Origin: Atlantibacter hermannii
GTDB taxonomy: Bacteria; Pseudomonadota; Gammaproteobacteria; Enterobacterales; Enterobacteriaceae
DNA length: 40,000 nt
NCBI GenBank assembly: GCA_900635495.1
Contig: LR134136.1
Coordinates: 3,312,704 to 3,352,703, forward strand
Direction of reading: 5' to 3'
Shown here: one piece after another, positions 1 through 8,538 of the stretch
Numbering within the stretch: the first letter of the stretch is position 1
How the letters are laid out: each line of letters opens with the position of its first letter
Made by a program: the position numbers and the translations under genes
Notes under the pieces: model-generated
Told to the model about the DNA's origin: nothing
The model's input: the letters and a program-made list of their open reading frames with translations, nothing else
The model's database searches: none

Positions 1-30
1 CGCCACGAAAACAACAACAGTGGTGAAGAA

Positions 31-3000
31 ATGCAAGTTAACCGTAGGGGCTTTTTCAAGCTGTGTGCTGGCGGAATGGCCGGTACCACCCTGACCGCGC
101 TCGGCTTCACGCCGTTTGACGTCGCCGCCGAGCCGCGTCAGTACAAATTAATACGCGCCAAAGAGACCCGAAATAATTGCACCTACTGCTCCGTGGGCTG
201 CGGGCTGATTATTTACGGCCTCGGGGACGGTGCAATGAACAGTACCTCCAGTATTTTCCATATTGAAGGCGACGCCGATCACCCTGTCAGCCGGGGTTCG
301 CTGTGTCCAAAAGGCGCGGGTCTGATCGATTTCATCCACAGCAAGCAGCGTCTGCAGTACCCGGAATACCGCGCACCGGGCAGCGATAAGTGGCAGCGTA
401 TCACCTGGGACGAGGCGTTTGAGCGCATTGCCCGCCTGATGAAAGCCGATCGCGACGCCAACTTCGTGACCACCAATAAAGAGGGCGTTACGGTGAACCG
501 CTGGGCCACCACCAGTATGCTCTGCTCTTCCGCCGCCAGTAACGAAACCGGGATAATCGATAATAAATTCGCGCGCGGTTTAGGGATGGTCGCCGTGGAG
601 AACCAGGCGCGCCTGTGCCACGGCCCGACCGTTGCGGCGCTGGCGCCGAGTTTCGGACGTGGCGCGATGACCAACAACTGGATCGATATTCGCAACGCCG
701 ACGTCATTCTGATCATGGGCGGTAACGCCGCCGAAGCGCACCCGGTGGGCTTCAAATGGGTAGTGGAAGCCAAAAAACGCCGGGGCGCGAAGCTGATGGT
801 GGTCGACCCACGCTTCAACCGTTCCGCCGCCGTGGCCGATTTTTATACGCCGCTGCGTCCGGGTAGCGATGTGGCGTTTCTTGCCGGTATCGCGCGTTAC
901 CTGCTGACCAATGACAAAATCCAGCATGAGTATGTGCGTGAATTTACCAACGCCGCGCTGATCGTCCGGGAAGATTTTACTTTTACCGACGGGCTGTTCA
1001 GCGGTTATGACGAAGCCACCCGCCAGTATGACCGTAGCACCTGGGCTTACGAGCTGGACGCGCAGGGGCAAATTATGCGCGATGATACCCTGAGCCATCC
1101 GCGCTGCGTATTTAATCTGCTGAAAGCCCATGTCAGCCGCTACACCCCGGAAATGGTGGAAACCGTCTGCGGTACGCCGAAAGCGGATTTCCTGAACGTG
1201 GCGAAAACCCTGTCGGAAACCGCGGCCAGGAATAAAGCCGGTACCATCCTGTACGCACTGGGCTGGACGCATCACACCAACGGCGCGCAGATCATCCGTA
1301 CCGCCGCGATTGTGCAGCTGCTGCTGGGCAACATCGGCATGATGGGCGGCGGCATTAACGCCCTGCGCGGTCACTCCAATGTTCAGGGCTATACCGACCT
1401 GGGGCTGCTTGATGGTTCATTGCCGGGCTATCTGCCGCTGCCGAACGAAAAACAGACGTCGCTGCAGGCCTTTCTGGAACAAATCACGCCAAAATCGGTG
1501 ATGCCGGGCCAGGTGAACTACTGGAAAAACACCCCGGCCTTTATGGTGAGTCTGCTGAAAGGCTTTTACGGCGATGCCGCCACCGCCGACAACCAGTGGG
1601 GCTATGACTACCTGCCGAAGTGGGACAAAAAACACGACGTGATGAGCATGGTCAACCAGATGGTTGACGGCGAGTTTAACGGCCTGCTGGTGCAGGGCTT
1701 TAATGCGCTTGCCTCGTTCCCGAATAAAAACAAAGCGGTAGAGGCATTCTCAAAGCTGAAATACATGGTGGTGATGGATCCGCTGGCGACCGAAACCGCC
1801 AGCTTCTGGCAAAACCATGACGAAATGAACGCCGTGGACAGCAGCACCATTCAGACCGAAGTGTTCCGCCTGCCAACGGCCTGCTTTGCTGAAGAAAACG
1901 GCTCGGTCGCCAACTCATCGCGCTGGCTCCAGTGGCATTACGCCGCCGCCAACCCGCCGGGGGAAGCGCTGCACGACACTAAAATTCTGGCTCGTCTGTT
2001 CCTGCGTCTGCGCGAACTGTATCGCGACGAGGGCGGCGTCGGGGCAGAACCGTTGCTGGCTATCGACTGGAACTATGACGATCCGCACGATCCGCAGCCG
2101 GAAGAGATTGCCCGCGAATCCAACGGTCGTGCCTGGCGGGATGTGCACGATAAAGACGGCACGCTTCTCGCCAGAGCAGGCCAGCAGCTCAGCTCCTTCG
2201 CCCATCTGCGCGATGATGGCTCCACCAGCAGCCTGTGCTGGATCTATACCGGGAGCTGGACCGAGCAAGGCAACCAGATGGCAAATCGCGATAATGCCGA
2301 TCCGTCCCGGTCTGGGCGCTGTCAATAACTGGTCATGGGCGTGGCCGATGAACCGCCGCATCCTCTATAACCGCGCCTCCTCTGACGCACAGGGTAACGC
2401 CTGGGACCCGGAACGTCCGTTAATGCAGTGGAACGGTAAGAAATGGCAAGGGTTTGATGTGCCGGACTACCCGCCCACCGCTGCGCCGCAGGACAAAGTC
2501 GGGCCGTTTATTATGCTGCCGGACGGTGTGGGTCATCTGTTCGCGCTGAATAAACTGGCCGATGGTCCGTTCCCGGAACACTACGAGCCGATGGAAAGCC
2601 CTATTGGCACGAACCCGCTGCATCCCAACGTGGTGCACAGCCCGGTGGCGCGCATTTTCCCGAGCGATGCCCGTATGCTCGGCACAGCGGAGCACTTCCC
2701 GTACGTCGCCACCACCTACTCCATTACCGAACTGTTCCGTCACTGGGACCAAGCACGCGTTAATCAACGCCATCGCCCAGCCGCAACAGTTTGTAGAAGT
2801 GGGTGAGCAGCTGGCGAAAGAGAAAGGCATTAATGCCGGAGACTGGGTAAAAGTCTCGTCGCGCCGCGGCTTTATTAAGGCCAAAGCGGTGGTGACCGCG
2901 CGTCTGCACACCCTGAACGTGGCAGGAAAACCGGTCTCGACGATTGGCGTGCCCTGCCACTGGGGCTTTGAAGGCACCACGCGCAAAGGGTTCCTCGCCA

Positions 3001-3083
3001 ATACCCTGACGCCAAGCGTCGGTGACGCTAACTCGCAAACGCCGGAATTCAAGGCGTTCCTCGTCAATATTGAGAAGCTGTAA
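31..3083 (+). pseudogene. fdnG: Formate dehydrogenase-N-type catalytic (alpha, molybdopterin) subunit, Cys variant. The frame is broken twice as assembled, but the gene is probably intact.
   Basis: ORFs 31..2328, 1886..2806 and 2562..3083 join into one ~1016-aa protein colinear with E. coli FdnG. It has the Tat motif NRRGFFK, the N-terminal cluster CTYCSVGCG, the active-site ARLCHGPT and the C-terminus [17 protein letters not shown]. The frame changes at the CCC run 2306-2308 (DNADPS|GLGAVNNWSWAWP) and the GGG run 2745-2747 (ELFRHW|TKHALINAIAQP). Deleting one base at each site restores a single frame. Confidence 0.9.
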
Positions 3084-3093
3084 GGAGCGCCCT

Positions 3094-3981
3094 GTGTCAA
3101 TGCAATCTCAGGACATCATTCAAATTTCAGCGACTAACCGGTTAACACCGCCGCCCCAGGCGCGTGATTTTAAGCAGGAAGTCGCCAAGTTAATCGACGT
3201 CACCACCTGTATCGGCTGCAAAGGCTGCCAGGTCGCCTGCTCCGAATGGAACGATATCCGCACCGAAGTGGGTGAAAACATCGGTGTTTACGATAACCCC
3301 CTCGATCTGGACGCCAAAGCCTGGACGGTGATGCGCTTTAGCGAAACCAAAGAGCATGGCCGTCTGGAGTGGCTGATCCGCAAAGACGGCTGTATGCACT
3401 GCACCGATCCGGGCTGCCTGAAAGCCTGTCCGTCGGCAGGCGCCATCGTGCAGTACAAAAATGGCATCGTTGATTTTCAGTCCGAACACTGCATCGGCTG
3501 CGGTTACTGCATCGCCGGTTGTCCGTTTAATATCCCGCGCCTCAATAAAGAGGACAACCGGGTGTACAAATGCACCCTGTGCGTGGATCGCGTGGCAGCA
3601 GGCCAGGAACCCGCCTGCGTGAAAACCTGCCCAACCGGTGCCCTCCAGTTCGGCACGAAAGAGGAGATGAAAAAGGTCGCCGAAACGCGTATCGCGGATT
3701 TGAAGTCACGCGGTTACCCCAACGCCGGGTTATACGATCCTCAGGGCGTGAACGGCACCCATGTGATGTACGTTTTGCACCATGCCGACAATCCTGAGCT
3801 GTACCACGGCCTGAAGGCTGACCCGCATATCGATACCTCAATCACGTTGTGGAAAGGCGCATTGAAACCGCTGGCCGCCCTCGGTTTTATGGCCACCTTC
3901 GCCGGGCTGATTTTCCACTATATCGGCGTGGGGCCGAACACTGAATCCACGGAAGAGAAACCGGAGGACATCCATGAATAA
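3094..3981 (+). CDS. fdnH: Formate dehydrogenase-N iron-sulfur (beta) subunit
   Basis: The start is GTG 3094, with AAGGAG at 3082-3087 (ATG 3100 is an alternative). It has four ferredoxin-type Cys clusters ([42 protein letters not shown]...CVKTC) and a C-terminal TM helix. It is colinear with E. coli FdnH. Confidence 0.93.
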   Translation: MSMQSQDIIQISATNRLTPPPQARDFKQEVAKLIDVTTCIGCKGCQVACSEWNDIRTEVGENIGVYDNPLDLDAKAWTVMRFSETKEHGRLEWLIRKDGCMHCTDPGCLKACPSAGAIVQYKNGIVDFQSEHCIGCGYCIAGCPFNIPRLNKEDNRVYKCTLCVDRVAAGQEPACVKTCPTGALQFGTKEEMKKVAETRIADLKSRGYPNAGLYDPQGVNGTHVMYVLHHADNPELYHGLKADPHIDTSITLWKGALKPLAALGFMATFAGLIFHYIGVGPNTESTEEKPEDIHE

Positions 3982-4603
3982 TGAACCCAAAATCCTGCGC
4001 ACCCGTTTTATCGATCGGGCTACCCACTGGACGGTCGCCATCTGCTTTTTCCTGGTGGCGCTGTCGGGCATTGCGCTGTTTTTCCCGACGCTTCAGTGGC
4101 TGACAGAAACCTTCGGCACGCCGCAAATGGGGCGCATCCTGCATCCGTTCTTTGGCGTGCTGATGTTTATCCTGCTGATGTTTATGTTTTTCCGCTTTGT
4201 GAAACACAACCTGCCGGAGCGTGAGGATGCCGCGTGGGTGAAGAATATTGTCGAGGTGTTAAAGGGCAATGAGCATCACGTCGCGGATGTCGGTAAATAT
4301 AACGCCGGACAGAAGATGATGTTCTGGACCATCATGAGCCTGATTTTTGTGCTGCTGATCAGCGGGATTATTATCTGGCGGCCCTGGTTCGCCGCCTATT
4401 TCCCAATCCCGGTGATTCGCTATGGTCTGCTGATCCACGCGGCGGTGGCTATCGTGCTGATCCACGCCATCCTGATCCATATCTATATGGCGTTCTGGGT
4501 GAAAGGATCGATTAAGGGCATGATTGAAGGCCGTGTCAGCCAGCAATGGGCGCGTAAGCACCATCCGCGCTGGTATCGCAAGCTGATGGCCCGGCAACGT
4601 TAA
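3974..4603 (+). CDS. fdnI: Formate dehydrogenase-N cytochrome b556 (gamma) subunit
   Basis: This 209-aa, four-helix membrane protein overlaps the fdnH stop by 8 nt. It is colinear with E. coli FdnI (…[22 protein letters not shown]…[11 protein letters not shown]…[15 protein letters not shown]…). Confidence 0.93.
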   Translation: MNNEPKILRTRFIDRATHWTVAICFFLVALSGIALFFPTLQWLTETFGTPQMGRILHPFFGVLMFILLMFMFFRFVKHNLPEREDAAWVKNIVEVLKGNEHHVADVGKYNAGQKMMFWTIMSLIFVLLISGIIIWRPWFAAYFPIPVIRYGLLIHAAVAIVLIHAILIHIYMAFWVKGSIKGMIEGRVSQQWARKHHPRWYRKLMARQR

Positions 4604-4671
4604 CAAACGGCTGGATTGTCCGGGCATCGCGGCAGGTTGCGCGCGGCCCGGACGAACGGGATCCGAAGTTG

Positions 4672-4710
4672 ATACCGTAAAAAGCGTTCTACTTTTTACG
4701 GTATTTTTTC
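4672..4710 (+). terminator. Rho-independent terminator of fdnGHI
   Basis: A 13-bp stem ATACCGTAAAAAG (4672-4684) / CTTTTTACGGTAT (4692-4704) with a 7-nt loop is followed by a T-run at 4705-4709. Confidence 0.8.
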
Positions 4711-5029
4711 CGGGATGGGCGGCACGGGCGCCCGGTCATCAATCAAATGGCGAATGGTCAGAACCGGATGCCGCCACAGCATCTTCGGCCCCGCCCAACG
4801 CATGATTTGCTTCATCTCTTCGCGTTTTGGCGGGCTGATAGCAGTGAATCGGGCACTGGCGGCAGGCTGGCTTGTTTTCACCAAACGCGCATTTATCCAG
4901 ACGCTTCATCGCATAGTCATACAGCGCCTGATAATGCTCAGGCTCTGCCAGCGCTTGCGGGCTTTGACGCTGGTAAAGCGCTATCATCTTTTTGATGGTC
5001 TGCTTTTCACGATCGAGACGCGTGCCCAT
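4696..5029 (-). pseudogene. ygbA: YgbA-like (nitrous-oxide-stimulated-promoter family) Cys-rich protein. There is one frame break as assembled.
   Basis: ORFs 4739..5029 and 4696..4884 join as MGTRLDREKQTIKKMI…CRQCPIHCYQPAK|REEMKQIMRWAGPKMLWRHPVLTIRHLIDD…. The break is at the TTTT run 4825-4828 (AAAA on the coding strand). Removing one base gives a ~110-aa protein. Confidence 0.75.
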
Positions 5030-5062
5030 CCTCTTCTCCTGTCAGTCCAGTCCTCACGCCGG

Positions 5063-5422
5063 TCAGTTTTGAGGTTTCGTCTGTACGACCTGACCAAAAC
5101 CTTTACCGTCCAGCTCCGCGTCAGGCGCGGCGAAAAAGTCGATATTAAAATAGGTGTCCGGCGTCAGCAGTTCGATACGGTGCCAGTACTGCGGCGGACT
5201 CACGCCAAACTGCCCTTCATTAATAATAAGTTCAATTTCCGGTGTCTGGTCGTGTTCATCTTTAAATCCGAAGTATTTTACCGCGCCACGCATGACGGAA
5301 AGGCGACCATAGACATCTTTTTTGGTGTTGTGATGGGTTAACAGCGCCTGAGGGACCGAGTTGCGGTCAAAGAAAGCAGTAGAGCGGGTGTGTTTATAAT
5401 CAGCGGGAATGCGATGAGCCAT
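5063..5422 (-). CDS. yeaR: YeaR-like DUF1971 protein (nitrosative/nitrate-stress associated)
   Basis: The 119-aa ORF is the same length as E. coli YeaR. DUF1971-type motifs are present (…HNTKKDVYGRLSVMRGAVKYFGF…WHRIE…DTYFNIDFF). A GAGG lies upstream of the ATG. The gene is 33 nt upstream of the ygbA-like gene on the same strand. Confidence 0.8.
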   Translation of the reverse strand: MAHRIPADYKHTRSTAFFDRNSVPQALLTHHNTKKDVYGRLSVMRGAVKYFGFKDEHDQTPEIELIINEGQFGVSPPQYWHRIELLTPDTYFNIDFFAAPDAELDGKGFGQVVQTKPQN

Positions 5423-5461
5423 AGGTTTTACCTCGTCTTTTATGCTATTTAGTCATTAAAT

Positions 5462-5477
5462 TGCACATTCCATGCCA
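5462..5477 (-). promoter_or_regulatory. Candidate sigma54 (-24/-12) promoter of the yeaR-like/ygbA-like operon
   Basis: The minus strand reads TGGCATGGAATGTGCA. The GG and GC are spaced as in the consensus TGGCACG-N4-TTGCW. It lies 39 nt upstream of the ATG at 5422. Confidence 0.6.
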
Positions 5478-5530
5478 GAAATTAAAAACAATAAAATCAG
5501 TAAGTTAATAAGTTATTTATGACAAAAATG

Positions 5531-5574
5531 GTCATATTTACACTGTCATTATGACTATATATTGTCTTTTTGAC
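5531..5574 (-). promoter_or_regulatory. Three NorR-type enhancer boxes (GT-N7-AC)
   Basis: The boxes are GTCATATTTAC (5531-5541), GTCATTATGAC (5545-5555) and GTCTTTTTGAC (5564-5574). They lie 54-97 nt upstream of the -24 element, with AT-rich DNA in between. The string GTCATTATGACTATA (5545-5559) is identical to 29288-29302 in the norV enhancer. Confidence 0.55.
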
Positions 5575-5652
5575 TGTATCAGAAGGTTTTCGGGGATGCG
5601 TTGCGCCAAGGTTAGCAGGCACAGGGAGAAAAGCCCCGTTCACAGGCAAAAA

Positions 5653-5701
5653 GGTGCGGCTTACCGCACCGGAAAAAGTAAGGCGGACGCAGGTCCGCCT
5701 T
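5653..5701 (-). terminator. Two tandem rho-independent terminators downstream of the fdhF-like gene
   Basis: On the minus strand the first hairpin is AAGGCGGAC/GTCCGCCTT (5680-5701), followed by ACTTTTT. The second is GGTGCGG/CCGCACC (5653-5670), followed by TTTTT. Confidence 0.75.
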
Positions 5702-5705
5702 TGAA

Positions 5706-7874
5706 TCAGGCCAGCGCACGAACCGCGCCGTCAACGTGCTGACGCAGACGGGCTTTCATGTCGTTGTAGGACTGACTGGCGAAATTCTCCGCCCATTTCT
5801 GATCCTCAATGGCTTCAACCCGCGCCGCACAGTATTTCGTTTCCGGCGTTTTGGAGGTAGGGTCAAGATTATCCTGCGTTAATTCATTACAGGCTCCAAT
5901 CCACCACTGATAGGTCATGTACACCGCGCCGCGGTTAACGCGCTCATTATAATTGCAGCGTGAGATGACTTTGCCACGTCGCGACATCACCCACACCAGC
6001 GCCTGATTAGCGACGCCGAGTTTACGGGCATCGTCAGGATGCATCTGCACAAAGCCCGGTTCATCGGCCAGCGTTACCAGTGCGCGGCAGTTGCCGGTCA
6101 TTGAGCGGCAGCTGTAATGCCCGACTTCACGCACGGTGCACAGCACCAGCGGATAGCTCTCGTCCGGGATTTCCGCTGGCGCACGCCAGGCGGTGGCGAA
6201 CAGTTGCCCTTTGCCGCTCGGGGTGGCGAACTTGTTATCCTGATACAGATAGGGCGTACCGGGGTGGTCCAGCGTCGGACATGGCCACTGGACGTGGCCC
6301 AGCCCGGCCATTTTTTCCCAGGTCACGCCATAATAGAGCGGGCACAGTTCACGCAGCTCGTTCCAGATGGCTTCGTTATTGTCGTATTTCATCGGGTAGC
6401 CCATCGCGGTGGAAATCAGGCTGATGATCTCCCAGTCGCGTTTGACATTCCCTTTCGCTTCCACCGCTTTTTCAAACCGCTGGAATCCGCGATCCGCGCA
6501 GGAGAATACCCCGCCGTGTTCGCCCCAGCTGGTGGCGGGCAGGATCACATCCGCCTGTTCGGCGGTCTGGGTCATGAAGATGTCCTGTACCACCACAAAA
6601 TCCAGTGCTTCAAATCCCCGACGAACCAGCCCTAAATCGGCTTCGGTCTGGAGCGGATCTTCGCCCATGATGTAATAGGCTTTGACTTTGCCTTCCATCG
6701 CCAGGTGTGGCACTTCAGTGATGCGGTAGCCCGGCTCCGGATCGAGGGTGTTCGGATCGATGCGCCAGGCTTTAGCGAATTTCTCCCGTACTGCCGGATC
6801 GCTGACTGACTGATAACCAGGGAACAGATCCGGTAACGCGCCCATATCGCACGCGCCCTGCACGTTGTTTTGCCCCCTCACCGGTCCGACGCCCACGTTT
6901 GGCCGCCCCAGATTACCGGTTAACAGCGCAAGGCCCGACAGCCCTTTCACTACATCCACCGCCTGACCAAACTGGGTAACGCCCATGCCCCACATAATGG
7001 TGGCAGACGGCGCGGCGGCGTAAGTACGCATCGCCTGACGGATTTCCTGAGCCGGAACGCCGACCAGTTCTTCCACTGCTTCCGGGCTATAGTCCGCCAC
7101 AATGCTGCGGTAGGCTTCAAACCCTTCAGTGAAGTTTGCGACGTAGGCTTTATCGTAGAGATCTTCTTCAATCAGCACATGGGCGAAGGCGTTAACCAGC
7201 GCCATGTTGCTGCCGTTTTTCATTTGCAGATGCTGATCGGCAATGCGCGCCGTTTCGATTTTACGCGGATCGCAAACGATGATTTTTGCGCCTTTCTCTT
7301 TGGCTTTTACTACCCGCCGCGCCACGATGGGGTGCGAATCGGCGCAGTTGTAACCGAACACCAGCAGACATTGTGAGTTTTCGATATCGGAAATCGAGTT
7401 GCTCATCGCGCCGTTGCCCAGCGTCTGGCGCAGACCCGCCACGGACGGGCCATGACATACCCTGGCGCAGCAGTCGATATTGTTATTACCGATTACTCCG
7501 CGCGCGAATTTCTGCATCACGTAGTTGGTTTCATTTCCGGTGCCGCGTGACGATCCGGTAAGCATGATCGATTTCGGGCCGTATTTTGCCTTAATCTCCT
7601 GCAAACGGGACGCGGTAAAGCGGATCGCCTCATCCCAGGAAACCACTTCGAAGGGGCCTCCCTTCTGGCGGCGAATCATCGGTTCCTGAAGGCGTGGCGT
7701 CAGCAGGCGGGTGTCGTTGAGAAAATCCCAACCGTAGTAGCCTTTCAGGCAGAGTTCGTTCTGGTTGGTGACCCCATTGGCCGCTTCAGCGCGGACAATT
7801 TTGCCGTTTTCCACACACAAATTAAGTTTGCACCCAGCACCGCAGTACGGGCACACAGAAATGATTTTTTCCAT
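5706..7874 (-). CDS. fdhF: FdhF-like (formate dehydrogenase-H type) molybdopterin oxidoreductase, Cys variant
   Basis: The uninterrupted 722-aa ORF is colinear over its full length with E. coli FdhF (CPYCGAGCKLN…, GTGNETNYVMQKFAR, CARVCHGPSVAG, VREVGHYSCRSMTGNC, YMTYQWWIGACNELT). Residue 140 is Cys (TGT, 7457..7455) where E. coli has UGA/Sec. Confidence 0.9.
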   Translation of the reverse strand: MEKIISVCPYCGAGCKLNLCVENGKIVRAEAANGVTNQNELCLKGYYGWDFLNDTRLLTPRLQEPMIRRQKGGPFEVVSWDEAIRFTASRLQEIKAKYGPKSIMLTGSSRGTGNETNYVMQKFARGVIGNNNIDCCARVCHGPSVAGLRQTLGNGAMSNSISDIENSQCLLVFGYNCADSHPIVARRVVKAKEKGAKIIVCDPRKIETARIADQHLQMKNGSNMALVNAFAHVLIEEDLYDKAYVANFTEGFEAYRSIVADYSPEAVEELVGVPAQEIRQAMRTYAAAPSATIMWGMGVTQFGQAVDVVKGLSGLALLTGNLGRPNVGVGPVRGQNNVQGACDMGALPDLFPGYQSVSDPAVREKFAKAWRIDPNTLDPEPGYRITEVPHLAMEGKVKAYYIMGEDPLQTEADLGLVRRGFEALDFVVVQDIFMTQTAEQADVILPATSWGEHGGVFSCADRGFQRFEKAVEAKGNVKRDWEIISLISTAMGYPMKYDNNEAIWNELRELCPLYYGVTWEKMAGLGHVQWPCPTLDHPGTPYLYQDNKFATPSGKGQLFATAWRAPAEIPDESYPLVLCTVREVGHYSCRSMTGNCRALVTLADEPGFVQMHPDDARKLGVANQALVWVMSRRGKVISRCNYNERVNRGAVYMTYQWWIGACNELTQDNLDPTSKTPETKYCAARVEAIEDQKWAENFASQSYNDMKARLRQHVDGAVRALA

Positions 7875-7902
7875 TGCGTAACCTTTTCCCCTGACCAGGG
7901 AG

Positions 7903-8454
7903 TCAAAAGTTTAAGAAGGATCCTGAAACTGACGTATCGAGCGCCGCACGGCGGCGTTTTTCCTGCACCATCTGATCGACGGCGTTTCTGTCCATGACTA
8001 CCAGCGCTTTCGTCGGGCAGACTTCCACACAGGCAGGCCCCACATCACGGGTATGGCACAAATCGCATTTGTTGGCCTGGGCGCGGGTATTTAAGCCGCC
8101 GCTCAGCGCATGATCATCACTAACCACCACTTTCGTTACCACTTCCATGGTGCCGTAAGGGCATGCCACCACGCAGGTTTTACAGCCAATACATTTTTGT
8201 TGATCGACATAAATGAAGTCGTTTTTCCGCGTGATGGCGGCATTCGGACATACCGTCGCGCACGGGGCGTCTTCACATTGACGGCATACCACCGCCGTAC
8301 TGACGCTAAAGCCCTTCACCACATGAATGCGTGGTGAAAACTGATACTGCGTTATCTGCGCGATATCGCCGTCTCCGTGCGCCATTACACAGGCAACTTC
8401 ACACGTCCGGCAGCCAATACATTTATTGGAATCCGCAAAGATGAACCGGTTCAT
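7903..8454 (-). CDS. hydN: HydN-type 4Fe-4S ferredoxin (electron transfer to/from formate dehydrogenase)
   Basis: The 183-aa ORF is colinear with E. coli HydN (MNRFIFAD.NKCIGCRTCEVAC…VCRQCEDAPCA.VCPN…CIGCKTCVVACPYG.MEVV…ANKCDLC). AGGAG lies upstream, and the gene is 28 nt upstream of the fdhF-like gene. Confidence 0.9.
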   Translation of the reverse strand: MNRFIFADSNKCIGCRTCEVACVMAHGDGDIAQITQYQFSPRIHVVKGFSVSTAVVCRQCEDAPCATVCPNAAITRKNDFIYVDQQKCIGCKTCVVACPYGTMEVVTKVVVSDDHALSGGLNTRAQANKCDLCHTRDVGPACVEVCPTKALVVMDRNAVDQMVQEKRRRAALDTSVSGSFLNF

Positions 8455-8522
8455 CAGCTCACTCCTGAGTCTTCGTTATTTTTAACCGGGCAAGCCGGTC
8501 ACTCACATTGCCAGCAGTAATT

Positions 8523-8538
8523 AGCAAACAACGTGCCA
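8523..8538 (-). promoter_or_regulatory. sigma54 promoter of the hydN-fdhF-like unit
   Basis: The minus strand reads TGGCACGTTGTTTGCT, a near-perfect match to TGGCACG-N4-TTGCW. It lies about 70 nt upstream of the hydN ATG. Confidence 0.75.

Noticed and set aside
580-1374. Long ORFs antisense to, or out of frame within, recognised genes. Examples are 580..1374(-), 2420..3100(-), 4715..5341(+), 6117..6635(+), 13372..13950(+), 16727..17260(+), 18411..19145(+), 19951..20613(+), 25409..25999(-), 28296..29162(+) and 30333..31052(+).
   Set aside because: All are fully nested in strongly conserved genes on the other strand or in another frame. Their translations are low-complexity and rich in Arg, Pro, Gly and His, as is typical of shadow ORFs in GC-rich DNA. 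They have no recognisable motifs or ribosome-binding sites.
2306-2308. Programmed ribosomal frameshifting, transcriptional slippage or genuine pseudogenisation as an explanation for the frame breaks.
   Set aside because: Most sites are 3-5 nt runs without slippery heptamers or downstream structures. They occur in unrelated housekeeping-type genes whose E. coli homologues are single-frame. All 16 are in the same direction (+1 base). Systematic sequencing error is the simpler explanation, though it is not proven.
4618-4653. A GC-rich inverted repeat GTCCGGGC…GCCCGGAC just after the fdnI stop. It could be a REP element or an additional terminator.
   Set aside because: The loop is 20 nt and there is no U-tract. 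A strong canonical terminator follows 20 nt downstream. I cannot test copy number elsewhere from this window.
5438-5470. A possible NsrR operator upstream of the yeaR-like gene (TTTATGCTATTT resembles an NsrR half-site AAGATGCATTT).
   Set aside because: Only one half-site matches at about 8/11, and I could not find a convincing partner half-site at the 11-1-11 spacing. The region also lies downstream of the predicted sigma54 promoter. This is too weak to call without a matrix scan.
5551-5742. A 63-codon plus-strand ORF spanning the NorR-type boxes, the terminator hairpins and the fdhF-like 3' end.
   Set aside because: It runs through two terminator stem-loops and into a convergent gene. Its product is basic and low-complexity, and there is no RBS.
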